Assembly: GCA_963787255.1 (NCBI GenBank)
Contig: CAWBCJ010000029.1
Coordinates: 96,001 to 160,000, forward strand
Direction of reading: 5' to 3'
Length of the DNA: 64,000 bases
DNA from: Methanobacteriota archaeon
GTDB taxonomy: Archaea > Methanobacteriota > Methanobacteria > Methanobacteriales > Methanobacteriaceae
Shown: one piece after another, positions 33,933 to 45,913 of the stretch
Layout: every line of letters starts with the position of its first letter
Numbering within the stretch: position 1 is the first letter of the stretch
The notes under the pieces: generated by a model
The model's input: only the letters and a program-made list of their open reading frames with translations
Databases searched by the model: none
Told to the model about the DNA's origin: nothing
Position numbers and translations under genes: made by a program

Positions 33933-35291
33933 ATGTTTTTATCAACCAAAAAATGCGAAGGCATTGGAGAATGTATCAAAGAATGCCCAACAGGCGCAAT
34001 AAGGCTAGTAGAAGGCAAACCATTTAGCTGTATAACATGCGGTGCTTGTGCAGAAGCATGTCCCAACAGAGCCATATTTAAAAACAAGTACGGAGGCTTT
34101 GTTGTTGATAGGGCGAAGTGTAATGCCTGCGGAGTTTGTGAATTAACATGTCCGGTAAACAACATAACTATTGAAGGCGACATGGTAAAAGGAATATGTT
34201 CAAGATGTGGAATATGTGTAGATAACTGTCCAATTGGTGCCAGAGTAGATGCTTATGATATAATTGAAGATAGACAATTAAAATTCCTTGAATCATTAAA
34301 CCTTACAACTCAACCCAGCATGAGGGTTAAAACAGAAATTGACAACTCAAATAGAGTTAATGTGGTTACAGATTTTGAAAAATGTACATTATGTGGAAGA
34401 TGTGAGTATTACTGTCCAACAGATGCCATAGAAGTGGATATTGAGCCCGGTACATGTACAGAATGCAGAGTTTGTGAAGATGTTTGCCCTGCAGAAGCTA
34501 TTAAAGATACAACTATTGACCCTGAAAAATGTACATTATGCCTTAAATGTGTTAAAGAATGCCCAAATAAGGCAGTTTATATTGATGATTTTGAAATAAA
34601 AATAAGGAAGCCAGAAGACGGCGAGGAAATAGAAGGAAGTATAATTTCATGCCTGAATTGTGGTTTATGTGCCGATGCATGTAAAGCGGGTGCATTGAGG
34701 ATGATAAATGGTAAAATACGCTATGATCCTTCACTTTGTGATGAATGCGATACCATGGAATGCTTGGATGCATGCCCAGTTGGAACACTTAGATTGTCTG
34801 ATGATGCTACATGTAGAATAAAAGGATTCTGTGTATCATGCGGAAGGTGTGTAAGAGCATGCGATGTAAATGAGGCAAGAAGCTTTAAAAATGTCACATG
34901 GGATGGGACAGTAACTGATGACTGTATATCTTGTGGAATATGTGCAGAATTATGTCCAAAAGAAGCAATAACTCTTAAAAGAGGTAGTATCGATGTGGAT
35001 CTTGAAAAATGCGTTTTATGTGAAAAATGCGCTATTCACTGCCCGATGGATGCAATTCCAAAAACTACCATGCATAAAAAATCTATTAAAGATGGATTCG
35101 TATTTATTGAAAACAAATTGTGTATGAACTGTAAACTATGCGTTAATACCTGTCCTGAAGAAGCAGTAGGTGAAGATGAAAACAGCAGGATAACTGTAGA
35201 CGATTCAAAATGCATATACTGCGGTGCATGCAATAATGTTTGTCCTGCAAGAGCCATATTATTTGAAAGGGAATTCGAGGTATCACAATGA
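33933..35291 (+). CDS. ehbK: Ehb polyferredoxin subunit K
   Basis: More than ten CxxCxxCxxxCP-type motifs. Confidence 0.9.
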   Translation: MFLSTKKCEGIGECIKECPTGAIRLVEGKPFSCITCGACAEACPNRAIFKNKYGGFVVDRAKCNACGVCELTCPVNNITIEGDMVKGICSRCGICVDNCPIGARVDAYDIIEDRQLKFLESLNLTTQPSMRVKTEIDNSNRVNVVTDFEKCTLCGRCEYYCPTDAIEVDIEPGTCTECRVCEDVCPAEAIKDTTIDPEKCTLCLKCVKECPNKAVYIDDFEIKIRKPEDGEEIEGSIISCLNCGLCADACKAGALRMINGKIRYDPSLCDECDTMECLDACPVGTLRLSDDATCRIKGFCVSCGRCVRACDVNEARSFKNVTWDGTVTDDCISCGICAELCPKEAITLKRGSIDVDLEKCVLCEKCAIHCPMDAIPKTTMHKKSIKDGFVFIENKLCMNCKLCVNTCPEEAVGEDENSRITVDDSKCIYCGACNNVCPARAILFEREFEVSQ

Positions 35292-35782
35292 AAAATTTAG
35301 TTAGAATTGTCCTGGAAGGAACATACAGCAATATAATGAGGATTCTTTTCGCCTCAGACAGAGTAACAGATATGGAACTTCGAAGTAAAATTCTTGAAGG
35401 TCGTATTGTACCTACAGATAAGGTTGCTGAAATATCCTGTATAGGTTGTGCTGGATGTAAAAATGTTTGTCCAACAAGCGCCATTGAGATGGTAAAACTG
35501 GAAGAACCAGTTGAGTTAATGGAAGGACTTATCAAAGAAGAAAAACCTGTTTTAGACAGCTTAAAATGCGTAAATTGTTATTACTGTCATGATTTCTGTC
35601 CACTTTATGCATTATTTGGAGAAGCAGGTACAATACATCCAAATGATGTTGGGGAAGTACAATCAGATATTACCGAACTACTTGAAAAACCTGTTAAGAT
35701 ATCTGAAGATAAAATTGCATTTATATCTCAGTATCTCTCTGACACTGCAATAATCAGGAAAAGAGAAAATAAAGATAATTAA
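35288..35782 (+). CDS. ehbL: Ehb 2x[4Fe-4S] subunit L
   Basis: [12 protein letters not shown] and [12 protein letters not shown]. Confidence 0.85.
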   Translation: MKNLVRIVLEGTYSNIMRILFASDRVTDMELRSKILEGRIVPTDKVAEISCIGCAGCKNVCPTSAIEMVKLEEPVELMEGLIKEEKPVLDSLKCVNCYYCHDFCPLYALFGEAGTIHPNDVGEVQSDITELLEKPVKISEDKIAFISQYLSDTAIIRKRENKDN

Positions 35783-35827
35783 ATTACAAAAAATGAAAGT
35801 TAAACTAACCTATAAAGAGGGATAAAT

Positions 35828-36274
35828 TTGGGTTTAAAATCATATTCAAGAGGAAGAGCAGTACATGTTATGCTTGTATACACTGGAGGATGCAACGGCT
35901 GCGATATAGAAATAGTAAACTGCATATTTTCGCCTAAATACGACGCAGAACAGTACAAGGTCTTTTTAACATGGAATCCAAGAGAAGCTGACGTTCTAGT
36001 TGTAACAGGACCTGTTACTAAACATAATGAAGCGCCTTTAAAAGCAATTTACGACGCAATACCCGAACCTAAAGCTGTTGTTGCGGCAGGAGCTTGCGCA
36101 ACAATGGGTGGAGTTTACAAAAACATTCATGGAGATATACCATCTGAAGAGATTGCAGGCCCAGTTGATAAAGTTATACCTGTGGCTGCTAAAGTCCCTG
36201 GCTGCGCTGTAAGACCTGAAGACGTTATTTCAGGATTGGTTTCTGCATTACCACTATTATTAAATGCAGATTAA
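35828..36274 (+). CDS. ehbM: Ehb hydrogenase small subunit M
   Basis: [36 protein letters not shown]. Confidence 0.9.
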   Translation: MGLKSYSRGRAVHVMLVYTGGCNGCDIEIVNCIFSPKYDAEQYKVFLTWNPREADVLVVTGPVTKHNEAPLKAIYDAIPEPKAVVAAGACATMGGVYKNIHGDIPSEEIAGPVDKVIPVAAKVPGCAVRPEDVISGLVSALPLLLNAD

Positions 36275-36348
36275 AAAAATGAAGATCAATATACTAAATT
36301 AATGAAAAATTAAAATGTCAGAATTATTTTCTGACAAGGGGTGTCATT

Positions 36349-37561
36349 ATGGATAACAATAACAAAGTCACACGTCAAGTAATCGAAACAGAAGTTCCAC
36401 TGGGAACAGTTCACTCTGCTGCACTGGAACCATACAGGGTGCGATTATTTGTTGAAGATGAAATTGTAAGAGACGCCGAGTTAACAGTAGGTGTCAATCA
36501 CAGAGGAATTGAAAGAATAATGGAAGGATTGCCAGTTGAAAAGGCAAATAGCCTTACTGAGAAAATATGTGGAATTTGTTCCAACAGCCACCTCTGGAAT
36601 TCATGTCTCACCGCTGAAAAAGGGCTTGAAATTGACGTTCCTCCAAGGGCAGAATACGTAAGAATAATCATGGAAGAGCTGGAAAGATTACACAGTCATT
36701 TTCTTTACTTAGCCCACGGAAGCGAAGTTTTAGGCCACGAAACATTCGCAATGAGACTGTTTTACATAAGAGAGACTGTAATGGAGCTTCTAAGGATGAT
36801 TGGAGGTAACCGTGTTCAGTACGGTGTGTCAGTCATAGGTGGAATAAGGCCACGTTGTGATCTAAATGAAATGAGAATTCAAAAGATCAGTGAAGGTATG
36901 GATTACGTTGAAGAGAAAATTGGTGAATTTGCAGATAGATTTGTTAAAGATCCAATGGTCATGTCTCGTATTAGTGGAATAGCAGCAATTACCAAGGAAG
37001 ATGCCCGGAGATTAGCTACAACTGGCCCTTCACTTAGAGCAACAGGTATTGATGTAGATTTAAGACGCGACATGAAACAATATGAACCGTTTGAATTTGA
37101 TGTAATCACCCAAGATACTGGAGACGTTAAGGCAAACCTTCTCATGCGTGTTCTTGAAATTCCAGAGTCTGTAAAAATTATCAGGCAGGCCATTAAAGAC
37201 CTTCCGGATGGAAATGATAACCAACAGAAGCTGGGAAATGCAAGATACTGGTATTATAAGAAATTACATAGAAGTACCAAGAGGTAAACTCTACCACTCT
37301 TACAGTTTAGAAGACGGACGAGTAAGAGGTTCAATAGTTAGGACACCTTCAATAACAAATATAAATACAATGGAGTTTGCATGTATTGGAACTCACATAA
37401 CCGATGCACAATTAGCCATTGTTCAATGTGATCCGTGCTTTACATGCACTGACCGTGCAATACAAATAGTTGACGAGCCTTTAAAACCTAAAGGTTTTAA
37501 TGCACAAATCGAAGATTTGTCAGCACTAGAAAAAAAGAAAAATAAAAACAGTATAGTTTAA
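36349..37561 (+). CDS. ehbN: Ehb group 4 [NiFe]-hydrogenase large subunit N, frameshift near 37212
   Basis: L1 motif [11 protein letters not shown]; L2 motif DPCFTCTDR in ORF 37208-37561; EVPRG. Confidence 0.92.
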
Positions 37562-37640
37562 GATCAGCTTTAAATTTAAGCTGGTTTAATATTTTATATA
37601 ACGATAAATCACTCTAATAGCATATTTAGGAAGTGTCAGA

Positions 37641-38642
37641 ATGGATACAACAATGATTATAAGCTCATTTGTAGCAGTAATTGGAACATTAATTATAGCA
37701 TTTGCAGTCAGTATCTGGCTTCCAGGTATTGAAAGAAAGTTCATTCATGCAAGGATTCAACAAAGGGTTGGACCACCAATCTCAAGTCCGGGATTTATGG
37801 CCCCAATTAAGTTTTTCTTTAAACAAACTTTAACACCCAACTCTCCCATGCCCAGATTGTACAATGCACTTCCAATTATCAGTTTAATTATTGTAGTATG
37901 TATATTAATCTTGATAATGCCTCAATTATACTTTTTAGGGGCTTTAGCAAGTATTATAGCTGTAATAGGACTTCTTAAAGTCGAGGAAATAATGTACATG
38001 TTTATGGGTTCGCTATCAAAATCAGTCATGTCAGTTGGCATGCCCTTCCCTGACCTTGTAAAAGGTGCTAAACACGTTGATACAACAAGATCTTTCATTG
38101 AAGAATTGAGCACACTACGTGCATTCCGTCTTATAGCATTTGGATCTTTCCCGCTTTACATTGCACTTTTTGTTCCTGTGGTTATGGCTCAAAGTTTATT
38201 TATTGGGGATATAGTGGCTTATCAACAATTACACGGACCAGTACTCTTTACAGTAGCTGGAGTCATTGGTGCAATTGTATATTTCATCGGATTCATGATA
38301 TTATTAAACGAATATCCATTTGCCATAATGAAAACCAAAGCAGACGTTATGGAAGGCCCTTTACTTGAGTACATGTCCAAATACAGAGCATATACATATA
38401 TTACAAGAGGATTTCTGATATTTGTACTTGCAAGCTTATTTACAACCATGTTTATTGGAATACCACCAAACTTATTCAGCCTAGGAATATTAGTTACAAT
38501 TGCGGTAGCAATAATATTCACAATAGCAATGGCAATATTAAGTACATTCTCCCCTATATTTACATTCAGGCAATTTTATCCGGTTGTAGCTGCTACATCA
38601 ATCTTAGGAGTACTTGCAATAGTTGCCTCCTTTTTAACTTGA
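37641..38642 (+). CDS. ehbO: Ehb subunit O (NuoH-like)
   Basis: [16 protein letters not shown]; multi-pass membrane protein. Confidence 0.88.
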   Translation: MDTTMIISSFVAVIGTLIIAFAVSIWLPGIERKFIHARIQQRVGPPISSPGFMAPIKFFFKQTLTPNSPMPRLYNALPIISLIIVVCILILIMPQLYFLGALASIIAVIGLLKVEEIMYMFMGSLSKSVMSVGMPFPDLVKGAKHVDTTRSFIEELSTLRAFRLIAFGSFPLYIALFVPVVMAQSLFIGDIVAYQQLHGPVLFTVAGVIGAIVYFIGFMILLNEYPFAIMKTKADVMEGPLLEYMSKYRAYTYITRGFLIFVLASLFTTMFIGIPPNLFSLGILVTIAVAIIFTIAMAILSTFSPIFTFRQFYPVVAATSILGVLAIVASFLT

Positions 38643-38679
38643 TAAAAAACAAAATTTAGCATTAAAGGACTAGATTAAT

Positions 38680-38943
38680 ATGAAATTCGTAGTAAGACCT
38701 CAGCACATTATAAGTGTCGGTGGATACATCGTTGAAGTTGATTTCCCTTACAGGAACATAATTGTAGTTAATCCTACAGAAGAGCCTATAAAAATTGATA
38801 TTCCAATATTTAACACGGAATGGATTGATGAACATAGGAAATTAGGGCTTGAAATAATACCCGTAGAAGATGAAGATTCATTTTTACGCCTATTCAGGAA
38901 AGCTAAAGCCAATCTGGATAAACTAAAAGCTGAATCCTCTTAA
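38680..38943 (+). CDS. ehbP: Ehb subunit P
   Basis: [27 protein letters not shown]. Confidence 0.85.
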   Translation: MKFVVRPQHIISVGGYIVEVDFPYRNIIVVNPTEEPIKIDIPIFNTEWIDEHRKLGLEIIPVEDEDSFLRLFRKAKANLDKLKAESS

Positions 38944-39060
38944 TTAATTTTAATTTTTCTCTTTTAATTCTTTAGCAAAAATCTTTCTAATAATTTTTAT
39001 GACATGAAAGAAATGTCAGATTTCTGTGAATAATTAAAAATAAAAAATCGTAAAAATAAA

Positions 39061-39213
39061 TTAAGGGCTATGCACATTTAATTCCCTTAAAAGTCTGTCT
39101 CTTTCATCTTTAAGTTCTTTCAACAATTTTTCATCGCATTTTCCATTCTTCTCTAAATGCGCAATGGTTGTAGTTATGGCCTCTAAATTAGCTTCATTTT
39201 GATTTACTGACAT
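39061..39213 (-). CDS. Small 50-aa helical hypothetical protein (below the ORF-track cutoff)
   Basis: [50 protein letters not shown]; AGGGG RBS and TATA-like element upstream. Confidence 0.6.
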   Translation of the reverse strand: MSVNQNEANLEAITTTIAHLEKNGKCDEKLLKELKDERDRLLRELNVHSP

Positions 39214-39363
39214 TTTATAAACCCCTTTCAAGTATAAAAAAATTTTTTAATTTTAAACAAAAATATATAGTCCAGATTAATTATTTAAAATTAATCAAAA
39301 ATCTAAGATAATTGGATAAATTCGTTTAAATTTCAACCAAGTACCAAACTATTTTTAATTTTT

Positions 39364-39834
39364 TTATACTTGGACTGCCTTTTCCTCAGCTTCATGTTTT
39401 AGAGCATTATTCATTAATTCAAAACCAGATTTAGTATCTTTTAATAAATTTGAAAAAATTGGAACCAATAGTCCGTAAAATTTTTCTTTTTGAATAAATA
39501 AGACTTTATTTTCGCTTATTTGTTTAATGACTAAACTATGCTCTCCATCAAAGAGCTTTGGAATCCATAATTTCCCTAACCATCTTAGTTCTTTTTCTTC
39601 TTGAAATTTAATTATTTTTGGCTTAAATTTCATTCCTTTTGATTGCGGCGGTTTAATACATACTTCAATTATTGATCCTTCCCCTGGAATTCCTGATATT
39701 TCTTTAATAAATGGATTCCAGTGAGGATAACCCTCAAAATCAGTTATTATACGCCATATAATATTTGCAGAGGCGTTGATTTCGATTTCAGTATAAATTT
39801 CTTTCATAAAAATATTATGTTTTTTATGATACAA
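39364..39834 (-). CDS. SRPBCC/START-like ligand-binding protein; start probably 39807
   Basis: IEINASANIIWRIITDFEGYPHWNPF, ELRWLG, FDGEH, MNNALK. Confidence 0.85.
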   Translation of the reverse strand: MYHKKHNIFMKEIYTEIEINASANIIWRIITDFEGYPHWNPFIKEISGIPGEGSIIEVCIKPPQSKGMKFKPKIIKFQEEKELRWLGKLWIPKLFDGEHSLVIKQISENKVLFIQKEKFYGLLVPIFSNLLKDTKSGFELMNNALKHEAEEKAVQV

Positions 39835-39904
39835 AAAAATTTATCTACATATTGAAACTTTAATTAAAATACTAAAAAAGAAGGAATAATAAAATAGAAA
39901 TGGT

Positions 39905-41204
39905 TTAATCTTTCCCCTTATTTTCCGTTATTTCCTTTGATACTTTAAGTGCAAGTGCCGCAGTAAGAAGAATTGTAGGTAAACCCTGTGAACGAGGTGC
40001 CAAGGATAGATCAGCAACCCATAATCCTTCAGGCAGCCACGAAGGTTTCATTGAATCTACATCCTCAGCTTTAAGAGGAACAGTACCTCCTAAATGTCCT
40101 CCATTGTGCACCCCATTAATATAAGGGCCAGAAACACCTGCAGATTCCATAACTTTTTTTGCTTCTCCAATTGCTTCATCAAGACGAAGATGATCCTCTC
40201 TTTTTATGGATTTTTGTACTTTCCCATCTGCAAATACTGCTCCTTCTTCTATATCTGCAAGTTTTACCATCATACCAACTCTATCATCTATAGAAACATT
40301 TCTCCAAGGTTTATGGAACCAATGGGAGAGAATATCAAGATAAGGGGAGAGAATATAATCTTCATGTTTTGTATACCATACCATTGGCGGTTCTTTAAGC
40401 TGATTTGCCCCTTTAAGGACACCACCCAGCGTGAGGACAATATCGACCCATAAATTGTCTTTAGCAGGTAATTTTGAAGCTTTTAATATTTGAGCCGTAC
40501 CAATTCCTCCTGCAGCTAAAACTACAATATCTGCTTTAATGGTTCTTGATTTATTTTTTGATTCTTATAACAACTCCGTTTACATGGCCATTTTCCATTA
40601 TAACTTTTTCAACTGGTGATGATGTATGTAATACTGCACCATTATGAATTGCATCATCTAAAAAGCTTCTAGAATCCCATCTTGCACCAGTAGTGCATCC
40701 AAGCTCGCATAATCCACAGGACACACATTTAACAGAATCCACCGCCTTTGGAGTAGCTTTTGGCTCTAAACCTAACTTTTCTGCAGCTTCAAACATATTT
40801 TTAGTTACCGGCTGCCATCTTTCCACTGGAAATTCAGTTATACCTATATTTCTTTCAATTTCTTCAAATTCCGGTGTAAGATCAAGCCCTATTTCCTTTA
40901 ATCCGTGCTCAGCCCGTACCATATTACCACATGAAAGTACAGTAGAACCGCCAGTTGTTATACCTCTAACAAGAACAAGATCATTTTCTGAACGCATAGT
41001 GTCCATTGGGGGAAATAGTCGGGTGATTGTTTTTTCATCCCCTAAAAGTCCTGTTCTTCTAAAAGGTCCTGCAAGAGATAAAAGGTTTCTAAATGGTTTA
41101 AACGGCTTTCCTGCCTCTAACATTATTACTTCAAAGCCTTTATTTGCTAATTCGCGTGCAGCTGTTGCTCCACCAGCACCGGTTCCCACGACTATTGCTT
41201 TCAT
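39905..41204 (-). CDS. GMC-family FAD oxidoreductase, frameshifts near 40550 and 40385
   Basis: [36 protein letters not shown] in the intervening frame, HLGGT, LWVADLS...PT. Confidence 0.8.
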
Positions 41205-41806
41205 GTTTTTACCTCATTAATACAAGCTATACATTCAGATGCTCCCTCAGTAATCCTCTCTTTAAATTGCATATTCATCTTTTCATTTAGACCGCGAACA
41301 ACACCTTCATCTGCGGCGCTTAAAACCATACAAGTTTCAGGAAAATAATATTTAGATAGAGCACATCTATTTACAACCATAATTATATTTCCACCTTTAT
41401 TTTCTATTTTAAAATCTATTCCAAGTATTTTATATAGTAGTCTTGCTGCAAGCTCAAGATCCTTAAAATCATTTCCAACTCCAAGCTTCAGGCGAGCTTC
41501 TTGCCCTAATTGATATCCAACATCAAACATGGATTTTCTTGCTACTTTAACTGCATTTTCATATCCTAAAACTTCAATTAATGATTTAACACGGATATTA
41601 TGGGCCTTAGCCATTACAATCCTTCTTTCTTCTAGGCTGCCCTTTAAAATTTCATCTTTTTTAGCAATTTTTTTCATTTTTTCAGGTGCATGTTGCTTTA
41701 AAATATCATTTAACCCTTCTATGGTATTTATAGCTACATTATCAAGTTCTTTCTTTAAAATAAAATTTGGAATCCATAACGAAGCAATTCGTAATCTTAA
41801 GCTCAT
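41201..41806 (-). CDS. V4R / ATC-hydrolase-like small-ligand-binding protein
   Basis: RCALS...TC...DEGVVRGLN...RITEGASEC pattern; stop/start overlaps with both neighbours. Confidence 0.6.
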   Translation of the reverse strand: MSLRLRIASLWIPNFILKKELDNVAINTIEGLNDILKQHAPEKMKKIAKKDEILKGSLEERRIVMAKAHNIRVKSLIEVLGYENAVKVARKSMFDVGYQLGQEARLKLGVGNDFKDLELAARLLYKILGIDFKIENKGGNIIMVVNRCALSKYYFPETCMVLSAADEGVVRGLNEKMNMQFKERITEGASECIACINEVKT

Positions 41807-44588
41807 GATTCTTTCTCCATACGGCCAATGTGCAAGATATCATCTGGTCGAGGTCCAGATTCATAAATGAAGCTAACTAAATCACTATAACGTTCCATAA
41901 TTGCTTTTCGTTTAAGTTTAAGATTTGCTGTTAGATCATAACCTATTGAAAGATCATTTTCTAAAATAATCCATTCTTTAACCTTTTCTGGACGAGAAAG
42001 TTTATTATTTATTTCTTTAACTGAATTGTAAATTCTGTTAAAATTTAAATCAGTTTCTTCAGTCCATAAAAAAGCACTGCAGTATGGTTTCCCATCACCA
42101 ATTACCATTGCTTCATCAATTCCAGGAATATTTTTAAGCATTCCTTCAATCTTTAGAGGACTTATTGTCTTTCCATAAGAGTTTACTATAACTTCCTTTT
42201 TACGGCCTGTAATTATAAGACTACCTTCTGGCGTTATATGGCCAAAATCACCGGTACAAAGCCATCCCTCTTTAAAAAGGGAACCAGAATCATTCTTAAA
42301 ATATCCTGATGTCACCTGTGGTCCTTTTACCAGTATTTCTCCATCTTCATCTATGCAAATATCAGTAGATGGAAGAGGTTCTCCTACTGTACCTATTCTA
42401 TTTTTTCCTGCTCTATTAATTGTAATAAGTGGAGCTTCTGTCAATCCATATGCATTGTGAATTTCAATGCCCATATCATGGTAGGATTGAAGTAAATCAT
42501 CGCTTATTGGGGCCGAACCAACAATTAACTGAGCACATTTATCAAGACCTGCCTTTTTAAGAATTTGCCTTTTAAGTAAGTTTCTCAAGGTTTTCTTTAA
42601 AATTTCACTGGAATCAACGTAAATTTTGCCTATTCTGGATCCCAGCACATTGCTCCATACCTTTTCATAGAAACGAGGCACTGAAAAGAAGATTTTCGGT
42701 CTTATTTTTGGAAGAACTTCTCTAAGATCATCCAAAATTTTCTAAGAAATAAAGTTTTAAAGGTGCAGGAGCATAATATGGAGAATAAGTTCCCATAATG
42801 CCCTCAACTACATGATTCATAGGAAGGAATGAAAGATATGAAATTTCGCTAATTCAATCTTTCCATGGAGGCATTGAAGCTATGAATTCGGCCATCCAAC
42901 GAAGATTTCCGTGATTGAAAATCACTCCTCTTGGCTTTCCAGTTGTTCCAGAGGTATAACGGATGGTTGCAATATCTTTAAAATTTACAGGTACATTATT
43001 AATATTTTTTTCAGTTTTTCCCATTTTCAGGAATTTATTCCAAGATATAATATAAGAATGAATATTAAAATTTCTTCTTGACAGAATGAAATGACAGGAA
43101 TTTGAATTTTAAGCTTTTTAAGTTCCTTAAGTAGTTCGGGAGTACCTACAAAAAGGACAGCTGCTTCGCTATCATTCAATATTTCTTTTATTTCATTTAA
43201 TGGGCTAGTATAATAAAGAGGGACACTTACTGCCCCTGTTAAACCAATAGCAATGTCTATGGTTAAATAATGTGTGCTATTAAACCCTACAATTGCTACT
43301 CTATCTCCTTTATTAATTCTTAAGCTTTGCAATGACTTTGCAGCTGTAATTATATCCTTATAAACATCAATCGAGTTTTTCTTTTTAAATTCGCCCTTTG
43401 TAATATCATAATATTTAACAAGTTTACTTCTGCTTTTAAGCCTGAATAAAGCTTGTTCATGAACGGTACGATCGGATCTATGGAAAAACCCATAATAGAC
43501 TGCAAATTCGAGAATTTTAGGCATTAAATCCTGCCATTTATGATTATATGGTCCGAGTAGTTCATCGGTGTTATCTCTTTGGTACTCCCTGTTTTCATTG
43601 AAGTATGGGGAAAGCGTATTCATAGTTTCTAGTAATCTAGCAGTGCCTTTTCCAAATAAATAGCTCATAGATTCAAATTTTTGGGTAATTGAACTATTTA
43701 ATGGCATATATATTGGATCATTAAGTTTGACATCTAGATTTTCATGACTCCATGATTTAACAAATTTAATAAGTTCTTTTACTGTAGGTAATAGATTCTT
43801 TGGGGGCAGTTAAATGAAATGTTTTATTTGCAGCTTTTTTGTCAAATGTTAATTTAACTGTAGCATCTGCAACATAATCTACAGGAACTAAATTTATTTT
43901 CATGGAACTAGAAACAGGAATTACTGATAACTTTCCATTTAAATAAAGCCTGAGAGGTACATAAACCGTGTTAAATGTTTTTATGTATCCTGTAGATGAA
44001 TCCCCTACAATCATGCTTGGACGGAAAATGGATATATCAAATGATGATTTTCTTACTTCAATTTCACTTTCGAAACTTGGTTTTTTCGTAATTACTTAAA
44101 AATCCATATTTCGATGTTAGAGAATCTTCAGAAACAGTGCCCATTTTCCCACCTGCAACGTAAGCCGTTGATATGTGAGAGAATCGTTTTAATCCATGGT
44201 CTTTATGTGCTGATTGAGCCAATTTAAGTACATTTTGTGTTCCCTGCACATTGGTTTTTTGAAGTTCTTCAAGAGATGCTTTTAGTCTCCAATCTGCAGC
44301 AGTGTGAATTATATGAGTTACAGTTTGAACTAAGATTTTCATATTTATTCTTTTCTATTCCAAGATTATTTTGAGTGATATCCCCATTTAATACATGAAT
44401 TCTACCATCTATTTCTTCTAAAAGTTCTGGAAACTCCCACCAAGCTCTGCATAGCCTATTTACAGCATCTTCTTCATTCTTACCTCTTATAACGCCATGA
44501 TATCGCGATCAGAATGTTTAATGATTTTTAAAGCAATTTGTGTGCCTAAAAAACCATTAGCACCCGTTAAGAGTATGATTTTATTCAT
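41803..44588 (-). CDS. Fusion of extended-SDR (NAD_binding_4/FAR-like) reductase and long-chain acyl-CoA synthetase (~930 aa), fragmented by several frameshifts
   Basis: ATG 44588 gives [15 protein letters not shown]; IIHTAA, HISTAYV, YEKTK, RPSMIVGDS, VPVDYVA; then YTSGTTGKPRG, SFLPMNH, YGLTE, TGDFG, GRKKE. Confidence 0.75.
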
Positions 44589-45814
44589 TTTCTCCCTTTC
44601 CAGCCACTATCTTGAAGAAAATTCTTCAATATTTCAGGATTTTTATTTGCACGATTAAGATGCTCAATAAATCCGTCTTTTAGTGCTTTCATTTGTACTT
44701 CAGGGTTTTTAAGTAGTTTATCTACTTTTTCTTCTAATTTATGCCAGATTTCAGGTGACATGTAATCTATTAAATAATTCTCTAATCCAAGTTCTCCATA
44801 AAAACCTTTAAGACGAGTATCGTGCCCGATGGCTATTTGAGGAATTTGAGCCTCAAGGGATAAAATTCCGGCATGATAACGAGAGGTTACAAGAAGTTCA
44901 AGGCTTCTGAGGATATTTGTCATCTCGGATGCATTATAATCCCTTGATGAGAAAATTTTAACCATTTCAGGATTTTTCATTTTTTCTTCTATACATTTTG
45001 CCAGTGGTTCGTCCACTTCTTCCATGCAAATCAATGCTATCCTTTTATTATGTTTTTCAATTATTCTATCTGCTTCCTGAGCCCATTTAAGAGCCAATTT
45101 TTCGCTTCCTTTAATTCTATCCTTTGAACGGGAAAAATAATACGGCCATTTATACAGGTATCTCCTTTTTACCCCATGGACGTATAACTACAGGCCATAG
45201 ATAAAAATCAATAGGTGCTAACCCTATGACACCTAAAGATGATTCTGGCCAGCTTTCTTTTAAGATATTCTCATCTCTTTTAGCGTTTTAAAGGTAAATG
45301 CACAGTCAGCTGTTACATCTATAGGAGCATTAACTTCAATTTTTTTAAGTTCTTCAGCAGCTAATTCTGTCCTTGTTAAAATTAGATCAGTTTTACTGGC
45401 CTCTCGCTTAACTAACCACCTGTTAAAAGTAGATAGATGCCCTACATCAACTGCATATGCTAAACTTGGCTTTTTAAAATTATTTGCACATCTTGTGCCC
45501 CACAAGAAAGCCCAGAGAAGTGCTGAAGTCCATGTATCCATGTAACAGCTCCCTTCAACCAAAATAAGGACATCATGCTCTTTAACCAGTCTCCTTATGT
45601 CAAAAAAGAAGATTGAAGCTATTGGAGCAATCTTCAAAAATTCATCTTCTTTAAGATAACGCCTTAAATTAACTTCATTTAAAGTTGGGACAGTTATAAG
45701 AGCATTAGGACCTAAAATTGATCTTACATCATCTATGATTGAGAGTAATCTTGCTTCAGAACCAGTATTATTGGCGCCGTTATAGCCCAATAACAAAACT
45801 TTTGGATTTTTCAT
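44585..45814 (-). CDS. Polysaccharide pyruvyl transferase family protein, frameshifted
   Basis: [34 protein letters not shown]. Confidence 0.8.
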
Positions 45815-45913
45815 AAATATACATATTTTTGTTTTTAAAAGGTTAAATAACATAAATAGTTGACATTTAAAAAAATATAATGGATAAAATCGTTATTTTT
45901 GTTTTTTTAAACT

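Noticed and set aside
33933-35291. Internal Cys repeats suggesting a novel repeat protein
   Set aside because: Fully explained as the known EhbK polyferredoxin.
26418-37561. Programmed frameshifting or pseudogenisation of argG and ehb genes
   Set aside because: Indels are scattered with no shared slippery motif, catalytic motifs are intact and the functions are core; sequencing error is more parsimonious.
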